From an uncultured Bifidobacterium sp. (GTDB lineage: Bacteria > Actinomycetota > Acidimicrobiia > Acidimicrobiales > Ilumatobacteraceae), in assembly GCA_964394175.1 (NCBI GenBank), contig CAYMVM010000003.1:54605-118604 (forward strand): DNA of 64,000 nucleotides, written 5' to 3'. The notes beneath the pieces were generated by a model. The model saw nothing but the letters and a program-made list of their open reading frames with translations. It searched no databases and was not told where the DNA came from. Below are positions 27,909 to 36,492 of this stretch, piece after piece. The first letter of the stretch is position 1, and the number at the start of each line of letters is the position of its first letter. A program made the position numbers and the translations under genes.

Positions 27909-29510
27909 GTGACCGTGTACGTCCCAGAAGAGTTCACGGCCGCCGAATCTGAGGTTCTGCGCCGCTACTTCACGAATCTCGACCAACCTGTTTTTGCGCT
28001 CGTCAATCTTCCTGAAGTTGTCAAAGGTGCTCTCTTCGCTCGTTATTCGCGTAGTCCCAAATCTCTACGACGGCTGTTTCTCGACGAGTTTCTCGGAGAT
28101 CTCGACGTGGCGGGAGACGCCACGTTCGATGCGACGGTCGGTGTCGACCGTGCAGAGACCCTCTACGAGAAGGTGTTCTTTGACTACGGCGATGACTCTG
28201 TCGCCCAATTGGGTGGCGTTCATCTTGCATGTGAGCAGGCGTCGAACGTTCTGACCAAGATCCTTGAGTGGGGCAGACTCATGAGCTATCTCGAGCAGAG
28301 CACGCGCTACATCGCCTATGACGAACGACTCGGGGGTCGATACCGCTACTACCGTGACCCAGACATCGTGGCAGGCAAGTTCGGCACCCGCTATGTGGGC
28401 GACATGGACCGGATGTTCGACTCATACAGTCAGCTTGCTGACGATGTGACACGCCATGTTCGCGAATCAGTGCCGAAGGACCCGCGCGATTCCGATTTCG
28501 TCTATCGCCAGGCCACCCGAGCCAAGGCCCTCGATGCTGTCAGGGGAGCATTGCCGGCGTCGTCTCTTTCGAATGTCGGTATCTACGGCACAGGTCAGGC
28601 ATATGAAGCCTTGCTGCTGCGCATGCGAGCCCACGCCCTGCCCGAGGCGCGTGTGTACGCAGACATGATGTTGACGGAACTTCGCAAAGTGGTGCCGAGT
28701 TTCTTGAAACGAGTTGACATCCCTGAGCGCGGCGGTGCGTGGTCCGACTATCTGGCTGACACAAGAGACTCGACTCATGACGTCGTCGAGCGCATACTCG
28801 GCGACGACATTGCAAACGACGTCGACGAAGTCACGTTGACCGACTTCGACCCTGACGGTGAGACCAAAGTCGTGGCAGCGATCTGCTACTCGCACAGTCA
28901 TCTTCCTGAGTCTCAGATACTCGCACGGGTCGACCAGATGTCGTTGGACGAACGTCGCGGAATCCTCAACGCTTATGTGGGCACACGGGCCAATCGTCGA
29001 CATCGACCGGGACGTGCGTTCGAACGCACCGACTATCGATTCGACGTGTTGTCGGACTACGGCGCATTTCGCGACATGCAACGCCATCGTCTTCTGACCA
29101 TCGAATGGCAACCGTTGACGCCGTATCACGGCTATTCGCGCCCCGATCTGGTTGATGCCGCCGGAGTGGCGGACGCATTCGACGAGGTGATGGAGCGGGC
29201 GAGAGGTCTGTACGAAGCCTTGGTCCATGACTACCCGCAACAAGCGTCGTATGCCGTCTCGATGGCATACCGGCTGCGCTACGTCATGCAATTCAATGCG
29301 CGCGAAGCCATGCACATGCTCGAGCTCCGTTCGTCGCCACAAGGGCATCCTGCATACAGGCGGGTCGCTCTGGAGATGCATCGACAAATCGCCGACGTGG
29401 CAGGACATCGCGCACTTGCCGAAGCAATGTCACATATGACCATGGAAGCCCCCGAACTTGAGCGTCTCGAGTCGGAACGACGCGCAGAGTCAAAGCGTCG
29501 CGATTCCTGA
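27909..29510 (+). CDS. Double-length ThyX (Thy1 fold)-like protein, a possible FAD-dependent thymidylate synthase homologue
   Basis: The C-terminal half has FRDMQRHRLL and NAREAMHMLELRSSPQGHPAYRRVALEM, which resemble ThyX core motifs. The N-terminal half has LFARYSRS. At 533 aa it is about twice the size of a canonical ThyX. Confidence 0.55.
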   Translation: MTVYVPEEFTAAESEVLRRYFTNLDQPVFALVNLPEVVKGALFARYSRSPKSLRRLFLDEFLGDLDVAGDATFDATVGVDRAETLYEKVFFDYGDDSVAQLGGVHLACEQASNVLTKILEWGRLMSYLEQSTRYIAYDERLGGRYRYYRDPDIVAGKFGTRYVGDMDRMFDSYSQLADDVTRHVRESVPKDPRDSDFVYRQATRAKALDAVRGALPASSLSNVGIYGTGQAYEALLLRMRAHALPEARVYADMMLTELRKVVPSFLKRVDIPERGGAWSDYLADTRDSTHDVVERILGDDIANDVDEVTLTDFDPDGETKVVAAICYSHSHLPESQILARVDQMSLDERRGILNAYVGTRANRRHRPGRAFERTDYRFDVLSDYGAFRDMQRHRLLTIEWQPLTPYHGYSRPDLVDAAGVADAFDEVMERARGLYEALVHDYPQQASYAVSMAYRLRYVMQFNAREAMHMLELRSSPQGHPAYRRVALEMHRQIADVAGHRALAEAMSHMTMEAPELERLESERRAESKRRDS

Positions 29511-29679
29511 CGCAAGGTCGGTGTTTTCGCATTGTTGCGGTGACGACCGTCACGAGTTATCCACAGATTTGCCGAGGTCGTGCAACTGGCCGACTTTGTG
29601 CGTAGTATCCGCGCGGACAACGGCTCTTTGAGCCGGAGCCAAATGGTGCGCACGTTGCGCACCGAACGAAGGAGTACTG

Positions 29680-30144
29680 GTGGCCGCTGACGACATCGAT
29701 CCGGAAGAACTCGACGACGTCGAGATCGACGCCGACGACTTGGCTCCCGATGAGCTCGTGGATGAGGACCTCGAAGAAGGCGAGTTCGAACTCATCGATG
29801 AAGACGACGTCGATGAAGACGTGGCCGACGATGACGACGACAGTGTCGGTGCCACGGTTGTCCGTCGCGCAAATGACGACGACGAGGACGAGGAAGATCT
29901 TCTCACCGCCGACGACGTCGAAGAGGACCTCGACAAGATCCTGAAGGACAAACTTGCCTCAGAGGAACTTGCTCCCGAAGATGAGGAAGAAGTCGAAGTC
30001 GACGACCGCTCGACAGGTGACGACCGTCTCCAACCCAAGCGTCCCGACGAGCAATTGTGCACCAGCTGTTTCCTCCTGGTTCGCGACAGTGCTCCAGTGT
30101 GTCCGGTGGGCGATGATGCCTGTCCCATTTTCAGCGGTCGTTAG
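29680..30144 (+). CDS. DUF4193-like protein: very acidic N-terminus plus a C-terminal Cys4 motif
   Basis: The D/E-rich region ends in QLCTSCFLLVRDSAPVCPVGDDACPIF, as in actinobacterial DUF4193 (...FTCMSCFLV...CRDC). GTG start with GAAGGAG at 29668-29674. Confidence 0.7.
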   Translation: MAADDIDPEELDDVEIDADDLAPDELVDEDLEEGEFELIDEDDVDEDVADDDDDSVGATVVRRANDDDEDEEDLLTADDVEEDLDKILKDKLASEELAPEDEEEVEVDDRSTGDDRLQPKRPDEQLCTSCFLLVRDSAPVCPVGDDACPIFSGR

Positions 30145-30154
30145 AGAATCACTC

Positions 30155-30547
30155 ATGACGACTCCGGTCGAATCTCTGAAGGGTTCGATTCGTCAAACCA
30201 TCGCGTCACTTCGGCGCGATGCACCTGCAGCCCGATTCATCGGCGAGCAGGTCGTGAATCTCGTTGGGCGGTCGGTCTTGCGCCGACTTCGCCCATCGCC
30301 GCAGTCTGCGCCACACACATCATCCACATCAACGGCTCACACGGCCAGTTCGGATCATGTCAATGCGTCCGCGGCACAGCAGCCCTGGCCTGACTACGAC
30401 ATGATGACCGCGCGCGAGATCATCGCGCGCCTGTCGGGCGCACCAGCAGATGTTCGATCCGCTGTGCAGGAGTACGAGCGAAGCAACAGAGCACGATCGA
30501 CGGTGTTGGCTGCAACGGTGTCATCCCCCGTGAAGGATCAGCCATGA
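30155..30547 (+). CDS. Hypothetical protein (130 aa) with a C-terminal W-P-D-Y-D...ARL...YE helical motif
   Basis: ATG 30155, 10 nt after DUF4193. The 3' end overlaps the GNAT start (ATGA). The tail PWPDYDMMTAREIIARLSGAPADVRSAVQEYERSNRARSTVL recalls a motif seen in other actinobacterial proteins. Confidence 0.5.
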   Translation: MTTPVESLKGSIRQTIASLRRDAPAARFIGEQVVNLVGRSVLRRLRPSPQSAPHTSSTSTAHTASSDHVNASAAQQPWPDYDMMTAREIIARLSGAPADVRSAVQEYERSNRARSTVLAATVSSPVKDQP

Positions 30548-30963
30548 TCACGGTGTCGGTCGTCGACGGAAACGATGTGAAGGTGAGAGATCTGATCGCT
30601 TATCACTGCGAGCTGGCGACCAAGGAGGCCGAGAGGTACCGCGGAGCCATCGCCAGCGCCGGTGGTTTGAGTGTGCGGCGTATCTATGTGGCCGAGGTTG
30701 ACGAATCACCGATCGGTTCGATGATGATTCGTATCGAATCCGACAAAGAATGGGTGATCGAATACGTACATGTCGTCAGCCAGGCGCGTGGTGTCGGTGC
30801 CGGTGATCACTTGCTACGCCAACTGATTACAGATGCGCGCGCAGCTGGTGTTTCGAAGCTGACTGCATCAGCCCTGCCAGGCGATCGCGGAACAAAGAAT
30901 CTTTTCGAGCGGTTTGGCCTCATCGCCGAGACCATCATCGTGTCGAAGGACTTAAACGCCTAA
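30544..30963 (+). CDS. GNAT family N-acetyltransferase
   Basis: Acetyl-CoA-binding-like VSQARGVGAGDHLLRQLITDARAAG, 139 aa. Confidence 0.75.
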   Translation: MITVSVVDGNDVKVRDLIAYHCELATKEAERYRGAIASAGGLSVRRIYVAEVDESPIGSMMIRIESDKEWVIEYVHVVSQARGVGAGDHLLRQLITDARAAGVSKLTASALPGDRGTKNLFERFGLIAETIIVSKDLNA

Positions 30964-31745
30964 ACACCAGTCCAGCGTGGTGCACGCTTTTCGATGAAGG
31001 CCTCGAGACCTTCCTTTGTGTCGTTCGACTGGAGCACGACGGAGAATTCGTCATTGGTCATCTGGATGAGCGATGCGTCATCTTCTGTCGCAGCAGCCAA
31101 TACGACGCGACGACTCGCTCGAACGGCAAGTGGGGCATTCTCACAAATCTTCTCTGCAAGTGCGACGGCCACGTCAAGTGCCTCACCTGGTTCGACGAGA
31201 CGATTGACCATGCCCAATTCGTAGGCCCTCTGCGCAGGAAGCGGATCACCAGTGAGGATGACTTCCATTGCCACTTGTTGCCCGAGAGCACGGGGAAGGC
31301 GATACAGGCCTCCGGCTGCGGCGATGAGGTTACGTTTCACCTCAGCGAGACCAAAGGCGCTACGCGTAGTCGCCACAATCATGTCGCAGGCAAGTGCAAT
31401 TTCGCATCCGCCCGCAGTGGCGAGGCCGTCGATCGCTGCGATGACTGGTTTCGTCCGTTTGTAGTACACGAAGCCGGCGAAGTTTCCGTCTTTGGTGTTG
31501 ATGCTCTTACCTTCGCCGGAATTGATGGCTTTCAAGTCTGCTCCGGCGCAGAACACAGGCCGTTCCTGACCGGTTGTGTTTGCGGTGAGAACAGCGGCCC
31601 AGACATCGGCGTCTGATTCGAGACGCTTCATCGCATCGTCCATACCCGTCGCGATGTCGGCGTTGACTGCGTTACGAGCCTCTGGTCGATTCAAGGTGAT
31701 GATCGCGAGATGCCCGCGCTTTTCGAAAAGGACCTTGTCAGACAT
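30960..31745 (-). CDS. Enoyl-CoA hydratase/isomerase (crotonase) family protein
   Basis: FCAGADLKA, AAIDGLATAGGCEIALACD, GLAEVKRNL. Confidence 0.9.
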   Translation of the reverse strand: MSDKVLFEKRGHLAIITLNRPEARNAVNADIATGMDDAMKRLESDADVWAAVLTANTTGQERPVFCAGADLKAINSGEGKSINTKDGNFAGFVYYKRTKPVIAAIDGLATAGGCEIALACDMIVATTRSAFGLAEVKRNLIAAAGGLYRLPRALGQQVAMEVILTGDPLPAQRAYELGMVNRLVEPGEALDVAVALAEKICENAPLAVRASRRVVLAAATEDDASLIQMTNDEFSVVLQSNDTKEGLEAFIEKRAPRWTGV

Positions 31746-31747
31746 TG

Positions 31748-33067
31748 TCAGGCCTCCGTAGGTGTCTCTGCCACTTCGCTGCCAGCAGAAGCGTCACTCG
31801 ATGCTGCTGCAGGAGCCTTACGAGCCTTTCTGTCTGCGGGTTTTGCGCCACGACCTTTCGGGGCTTTGCGCTCTGGACGAGTGGGGCGCAAAGGTCGGGG
31901 CGTCGGTGCCTTCGGATCTGCGGTGACGCCGTAGAGAGCCGCAATGTGGGGCACGAGAACAGCGAGTCGCTGAACCGTGTTACGCAGCTCATCGGTGACA
32001 GTCTGTGCTGGAGCTGCCGGAGCGACGAGTGACCGAACGGGTGAGAACGCGACTGCTTCGAGCAGCGCTATCCAGCGATCTGCTGGGGCATCGGCGGTGA
32101 GGCTGCTCGTCGCAAGGGCAGAGAGTTGCGCGGCCAATTCGGGAGGAAAACGCACTCCGGCCTTCGGTGGCTGGGACGAGAGCTTGAGTGCACGGACGAC
32201 TCGACCGACGCTAGTTGCGGCCAGAACATCTTCGAGCCAATTCTTTGTCTCTTCTTCTTGACGACGGGCGAGAGCCACTTTCAATTCTTCTGCAAGTGCG
32301 CGAGTCGTTTCGTCGCGCGCGACGACGGGGTCGGAGGCCGCGACCACCACGGAACGAAGATCACGTAGGTCGAGTTCGTCGACCATTTTTTTGGCGGCAT
32401 CGGCTTTGTCGTGCCATTCGGCGACGCGAAGACGAGGAAGCATGTTCTCGGCGAGCGTGACAAGGCCCTCGGCCGGAATCTTCTCTTTTCCTTCCTTCAC
32501 CGCTTGGGCGTTTTGCTCTGCGACGGCCGCACGTACAGCTGGTATGCCGCCGCTCAAGACACGCTCAGCAATCGCACGCTGGGCTTCTGGCAGATCCGCA
32601 AGCACGACTTCGATATGGGCACGGCCGGCCTTCAGGCGCTTCAACTTTGGACGTTGAGGCAGTTCGGGTGGAGCCTCAAAGAATGGGCGACGTGGACGGC
32701 TGTCGCCGCTGTCGGACTTCGCGTCTCGTGGACCACGTTCACGTCGACCGCGCCCTGCACGATCAGAAGGACCGCGACGTTCTTTCTTCTTCAGTTGCGA
32801 CGTGACACCTTCAAACGGCTTTTCGCTCGGGAGCAGCGAGAGCACATTCGTGCGTTCAGTGCGCTGCTTTGCCGCAATGATCGAGAGGACTCGTGTGCCG
32901 TCGAGGTCAGTTTCGACTTCAGCGCGCAAGACGTCGCTCACCTTGGCGTCATTGGGTACAAGAGTGTCCTCGATGATGCCTTTTGGTTCACGAGCTCCAG
33001 CAGCACGCCAGGTCCACTGCCCGTCGGATCGTTTGCTCGTCAGTTCGATCTCGATGCGTCGTGACAT
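31748..33067 (-). CDS. Hypothetical protein with two highly basic low-complexity segments flanking a helical core
   Basis: Start taken at ATG 33067 (MSRRIEIELTSKRSDGQWTWR...), because the upstream extension overlaps the divergent gamma-CA gene. Contains KKKERRGPSDRAGRGRRERGPRD and a C-terminal PRPLRPTRPERKAPKGRGAKPADRKARKAP tail. Confidence 0.6.
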   Translation of the reverse strand: MSRRIEIELTSKRSDGQWTWRAAGAREPKGIIEDTLVPNDAKVSDVLRAEVETDLDGTRVLSIIAAKQRTERTNVLSLLPSEKPFEGVTSQLKKKERRGPSDRAGRGRRERGPRDAKSDSGDSRPRRPFFEAPPELPQRPKLKRLKAGRAHIEVVLADLPEAQRAIAERVLSGGIPAVRAAVAEQNAQAVKEGKEKIPAEGLVTLAENMLPRLRVAEWHDKADAAKKMVDELDLRDLRSVVVAASDPVVARDETTRALAEELKVALARRQEEETKNWLEDVLAATSVGRVVRALKLSSQPPKAGVRFPPELAAQLSALATSSLTADAPADRWIALLEAVAFSPVRSLVAPAAPAQTVTDELRNTVQRLAVLVPHIAALYGVTADPKAPTPRPLRPTRPERKAPKGRGAKPADRKARKAPAAASSDASAGSEVAETPTEA

Positions 33068-33115
33068 AGGGAGACAACGGTACCTGCAAGTGGGCGTTAT
33101 TGGTACGGTTGACTC

Positions 33116-33634
33116 ATGCCCATCTATGCCCTCGGCGACAAATCGCCGGTGATTCACGAGTCAGCATTCGTCCATCCCGACGCAGTGGTCATCGGGTCTG
33201 TCACCATCGGTGCTGATTCCTCCATCTGGGCGTGTGCTGTCCTGCGGGGTGATGAGGGGGAGATCGTGATCGGGGAGCGCACGAGCATTCAAGACGGCAC
33301 CATCGTCCACACCACTCCGTATGCCCACACCACGGTCGGAGACGACTGCGTCGTCGGCCACGCGGTACACCTTGAGGGCTGCACGCTCGAGAATGGCTCG
33401 CAGGCCTCGAGTGGTTCGGTGATATTGCACCGCGCAGTCGTCGGGACCGGAGCAATCGTGGCAGCCAACGCCGTCGTGCTGAACGACATGGTCGTACCGC
33501 CAGGTGCTCTCGCTGTCGGCGCTCCGGTCAGCATCAAGGAAGGCCGGGCCCGTGCGCAAGACATTGCGTACGCAGCAGAGGCCTACGTGCACAAGGGTCG
33601 ACACTTCAAACAGCACCTACGCCGTATCGACTGA
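33116..33634 (+). CDS. Gamma-class carbonic anhydrase / hexapeptide-repeat family protein
   Basis: MPIYALGDKSPVIHESAFVHPDAVVIGSVTIGADSSIWACAVLRGDEGEIVIGERTSIQDGTIVH, the typical LbH gamma-CA pattern. Confidence 0.88.
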   Translation: MPIYALGDKSPVIHESAFVHPDAVVIGSVTIGADSSIWACAVLRGDEGEIVIGERTSIQDGTIVHTTPYAHTTVGDDCVVGHAVHLEGCTLENGSQASSGSVILHRAVVGTGAIVAANAVVLNDMVVPPGALAVGAPVSIKEGRARAQDIAYAAEAYVHKGRHFKQHLRRID

Positions 33635-33649
33635 AGCGAGGTCCTCCAC

Positions 33650-34510
33650 ATGTCGACCGAACGGCACGGCGAGAACTCATGGCACATGCTGGTGGTCAGC
33701 GTGAAAGCGCAGGATGTCGAATTCGCCTCCGATGTCCTCTGGCGGGCCGGTGTCGTCGCGATCGAAGAGCGTCAAGCTGTGCACAGCGATGCATCTGGAG
33801 AAGAAGTCGTCGAATTGTGGACCTCCGTCGGTGACGACATCGACGGAGTCATTGCTCTGCTTTCCCATGAACAATTCTCTTGCTCGACGAGAGTCGAGTT
33901 GGTTGCGCGGGCCGTCGCAGACACATGGCGCGAACACGCCGAGTGCGTCTCCGTCACAGACACGGTCGCCATATGTCCGTCGTGGCTATTGCACGATCAT
34001 CGTGCCGAGGTCGTTGTCATCCGTGTCGATCCACACGACATGTTCGGCTTGGGAAACCACCCGACGACGCGGCTAGCCCTGCAACTGGGACTTCGTCACT
34101 GCACGATGAATGCGACAGTTGTCGACGTCGGATGTGGTTCTGGAATCCTTGCGATCACCATGTGCGTGGTGCACCAGGCTCGATGCTTCGGCTTCGACAT
34201 TCATCCGTCGACAGTGTCCGTCGTCCACAGCAACGCGGCACTGAACGACTGTCATGTCGAGGTGGTCGCTGATTCTTCTGAGGTTCCCGATGGTCACGCG
34301 CAGCTGGTCTTCGCCAACATTCTTGCTCCCGTCCTCATTGACATCGCCGCAGACATCGATCGAATGAGTGCCGACGACGCTGTCGTGGTCTTGTCGGGCT
34401 TACGAGGGGAGCAACGCGAGCGTGTCCTCGATGCGTACAAGGGTTGGTCAGTGATCGACGACGTCGAAGAAGAAGGTTGGCAGGCTCTCGCGCTGTCGCG
34501 TCAGCAGTGA
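33650..34510 (+). CDS. prmA: Ribosomal protein L11 methyltransferase-like SAM-dependent methyltransferase
   Basis: VDPHDMFGLGNHPTTRLAL followed by VVDVGCGSGILAI, the PrmA signature arrangement. Confidence 0.7.
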   Translation: MSTERHGENSWHMLVVSVKAQDVEFASDVLWRAGVVAIEERQAVHSDASGEEVVELWTSVGDDIDGVIALLSHEQFSCSTRVELVARAVADTWREHAECVSVTDTVAICPSWLLHDHRAEVVVIRVDPHDMFGLGNHPTTRLALQLGLRHCTMNATVVDVGCGSGILAITMCVVHQARCFGFDIHPSTVSVVHSNAALNDCHVEVVADSSEVPDGHAQLVFANILAPVLIDIAADIDRMSADDAVVVLSGLRGEQRERVLDAYKGWSVIDDVEEEGWQALALSRQQ

Positions 34511-34520
34511 CGAGCGTTGT

Positions 34521-34826
34521 TCAACTCGCACTTCGCGTGCGGATTCCGACAGGAGCGATGAGTCGATAGCCGGCAGCATGGCGCTCTTCCTCGGACTCGC
34601 CACCCCAGAAGCCGTATTCGCGGTTCTTTCGTGCAAAGTCACGACACTCAGCAAGAACTGAGCATTGCTTGCACACTCCACGCGCAGCTTCTTCTCGTTG
34701 TTCTCTGGCCTGCGGACGTTCCGCTGGTGGAGCGAAGAAAATGGTCGACAGACCACGACACTCGGCATCTTTGGCCCATGACTGGTCTTCCCACAGCCTC
34801 AAAGGAAACAGATCAGATGCGCCCAT
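34521..34826 (-). CDS. WhiB family redox-sensing transcriptional regulator
   Basis: Four Cys (AEC...VCKQCSVLAEC) and the GFWGGESEEER turn. Start is ATG 34826 or the upstream ATG at 34859. Confidence 0.88.
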   Translation of the reverse strand: MGASDLFPLRLWEDQSWAKDAECRGLSTIFFAPPAERPQAREQREEAARGVCKQCSVLAECRDFARKNREYGFWGGESEEERHAAGYRLIAPVGIRTRSAS

Positions 34827-34876
34827 GTACTTCCACTCGTCGGGGGTCGAGGAGCACACCTTATGGCGTAACTAAT

Positions 34877-35962
34877 TCATCGGTCAATTACGTGTCGGAC
34901 GCCAGCTGCAAAGCGCTCAATGTCGACGCCAGAGGTGTCCCAAGAAGTCATCCAGCGCACTTGATCGCGGCTGAGGTCCCAGTCCCAGAAGAAGGACCAC
35001 TCCTGCAGGACCGAGCGGGAGGGTTCGGGGAGCGTGGGGTAGAGGCTGTTCACGGCCGGTTCAACCAGTCCGAGGCCTGGCAGATCGCTGAGGGCTGACT
35101 TCAGACTGCGGGCTGCGTCGTTTGCTGCTCGCGCTGTCGCAATCCACAAATCGTCGCTCAGAGCCTCGACGAATTGCGCTGCGGTGTATCTCATCTTGGA
35201 CGGCAGTTGTCCGACTTGCTTGCGCAGGAACGGCGCTCGACGGCTGATGTCCACGTCTGCGAGCAACACAGCTTCAGCATTCAACATCGCGTTCTTTGTT
35301 CCACCGAAAGAGACGGCATCGACTCCGGCATCGAATGTCATCGCCGCAAAGATGTCTCGCGTCGCACCGAGCGCCGCGACGGCGTTTCCGATACGTGCCC
35401 CGTCAAGGTGCACACGAAGTCCGAAGCGATGCGCTGTGTCGCACAATGAGCGGATCTCGTCGATGGTGTACAGCGTTCCCATCTCGGTCGGTTGGCTGAT
35501 GGACACGACGCCTGGTTGCGCATGGTGCACATTGCCAAGTGCATGCACAGCAGCCTCAATGTGTTCGACCTTCAACTTGCCGTCGGGCGCCGGGTAGGTC
35601 TGCAACTTCACGCCGAGTGCACGCTCTGGCGCGCCGGTCTCGTCGACAGCGATATGAGCCCATTCAGTGCACACGACAGATTCGGCTCGCCCGAGAAGAC
35701 AGGCGAGTGCGAGAACATTGGCACCGGTTCCACCGAACGTGAACAACGTCTCGACGTGACGACCACTCAACTCGCTGAACATCGCACAGGCTTGCCGTGT
35801 CGCCCGATCTTCGCCGTAGGCGAGTGCATGACCAGCATTCGCTCGCTCGAGAGCAGCGAGATAGCGCGGGTGGACGCCGCTGGCGTTGTCGCTTGCGAAG
35901 AGGCGCTCAGGAGCCAGTGGCATGGAAGACGGGGGAATTGCCACGACGCGAACAGTAGTCAT
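34877..35962 (-). CDS. ltaE: Low-specificity threonine aldolase / beta-eliminating lyase family (PLP)
   Basis: FASDNASGVHP, YGEDRAT, FTFGGTGANVLAL, SFGGTKNA (PLP Lys). Confidence 0.8.
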   Translation of the reverse strand: MTTVRVVAIPPSSMPLAPERLFASDNASGVHPRYLAALERANAGHALAYGEDRATRQACAMFSELSGRHVETLFTFGGTGANVLALACLLGRAESVVCTEWAHIAVDETGAPERALGVKLQTYPAPDGKLKVEHIEAAVHALGNVHHAQPGVVSISQPTEMGTLYTIDEIRSLCDTAHRFGLRVHLDGARIGNAVAALGATRDIFAAMTFDAGVDAVSFGGTKNAMLNAEAVLLADVDISRRAPFLRKQVGQLPSKMRYTAAQFVEALSDDLWIATARAANDAARSLKSALSDLPGLGLVEPAVNSLYPTLPEPSRSVLQEWSFFWDWDLSRDQVRWMTSWDTSGVDIERFAAGVRHVIDR

Positions 35963-35977
35963 CGTTACCCTTTCGTC

Positions 35978-36388
35978 ATGACGTTAAGGGCCGTGCAAGA
36001 CGGCACAGAGGGTCAGCGCCCAGACCTGACGACGTGCCGCTGGTGCCGCCACGCCATTGCGAGCCGTGCCGGGCGAGGTCGGCCTCGAGAGTTCTGCAGC
36101 CAGGCGTGCCGTCAATGGGACTGGGTCGCTAGACAGCGCGCCGCTGAACTGCAACTGGCTGAAGACGAACTGGTCGTGGCACGAAGCGAACTGGACGAGC
36201 TGAAGGACAAGATCTTCGTGCTGGCCTGCGCTCTGGACGACGTTGCCGGAGACGTCGACAGCAAGCGGATGACACTTGAGGCGATGCGTGAGTCGTTGCG
36301 CTGGCTGGTCGAGTCAGCGCGTCCAGTGACTGAATCGCAACTTGGCGGCCGTCCAGATCCGTCAATGCGGCAGCAGCGACCGGCCTGA
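35978..36388 (+). CDS. Hypothetical zinc-finger (CxxC...FCSxxC) plus coiled-coil protein
   Basis: Start ATG 35978 (MTLRAVQDG...). Contains TCRWCRHAI...GRPREFCSQACRQW, then a heptad-like ELQLAEDELVVARSELDELKDKI. The longer track ORF from 35492 is antisense to ltaE. Confidence 0.5.
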   Translation: MTLRAVQDGTEGQRPDLTTCRWCRHAIASRAGRGRPREFCSQACRQWDWVARQRAAELQLAEDELVVARSELDELKDKIFVLACALDDVAGDVDSKRMTLEAMRESLRWLVESARPVTESQLGGRPDPSMRQQRPA

Positions 36389-36492
36389 AAACGATGATTC
36401 GTGCCACCGTCATGAGGTGCCTTTTCCAACCCTTTGCCCATAATCTCCGTTATGTAATAATCAGATGAACCTATGAACATTGAGTTTTTGAC

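Noticed and set aside
29557-29565. A perfect DnaA-box consensus TTATCCACA in the ThyX-like/DUF4193 intergenic region.
   Set aside because: It is a single isolated 9-mer. There is no cluster of boxes, no AT-rich unwinding element and no dnaA/dnaN nearby, so it is compatible with chance. It is not an origin.
29550-30128. 192-aa Ser-rich ORF on the minus strand.
   Set aside because: It is the mirror image of the GAC/GAA-rich (Asp/Glu) coding region of DUF4193 on the plus strand. Poly-Ser is the expected antisense artefact.
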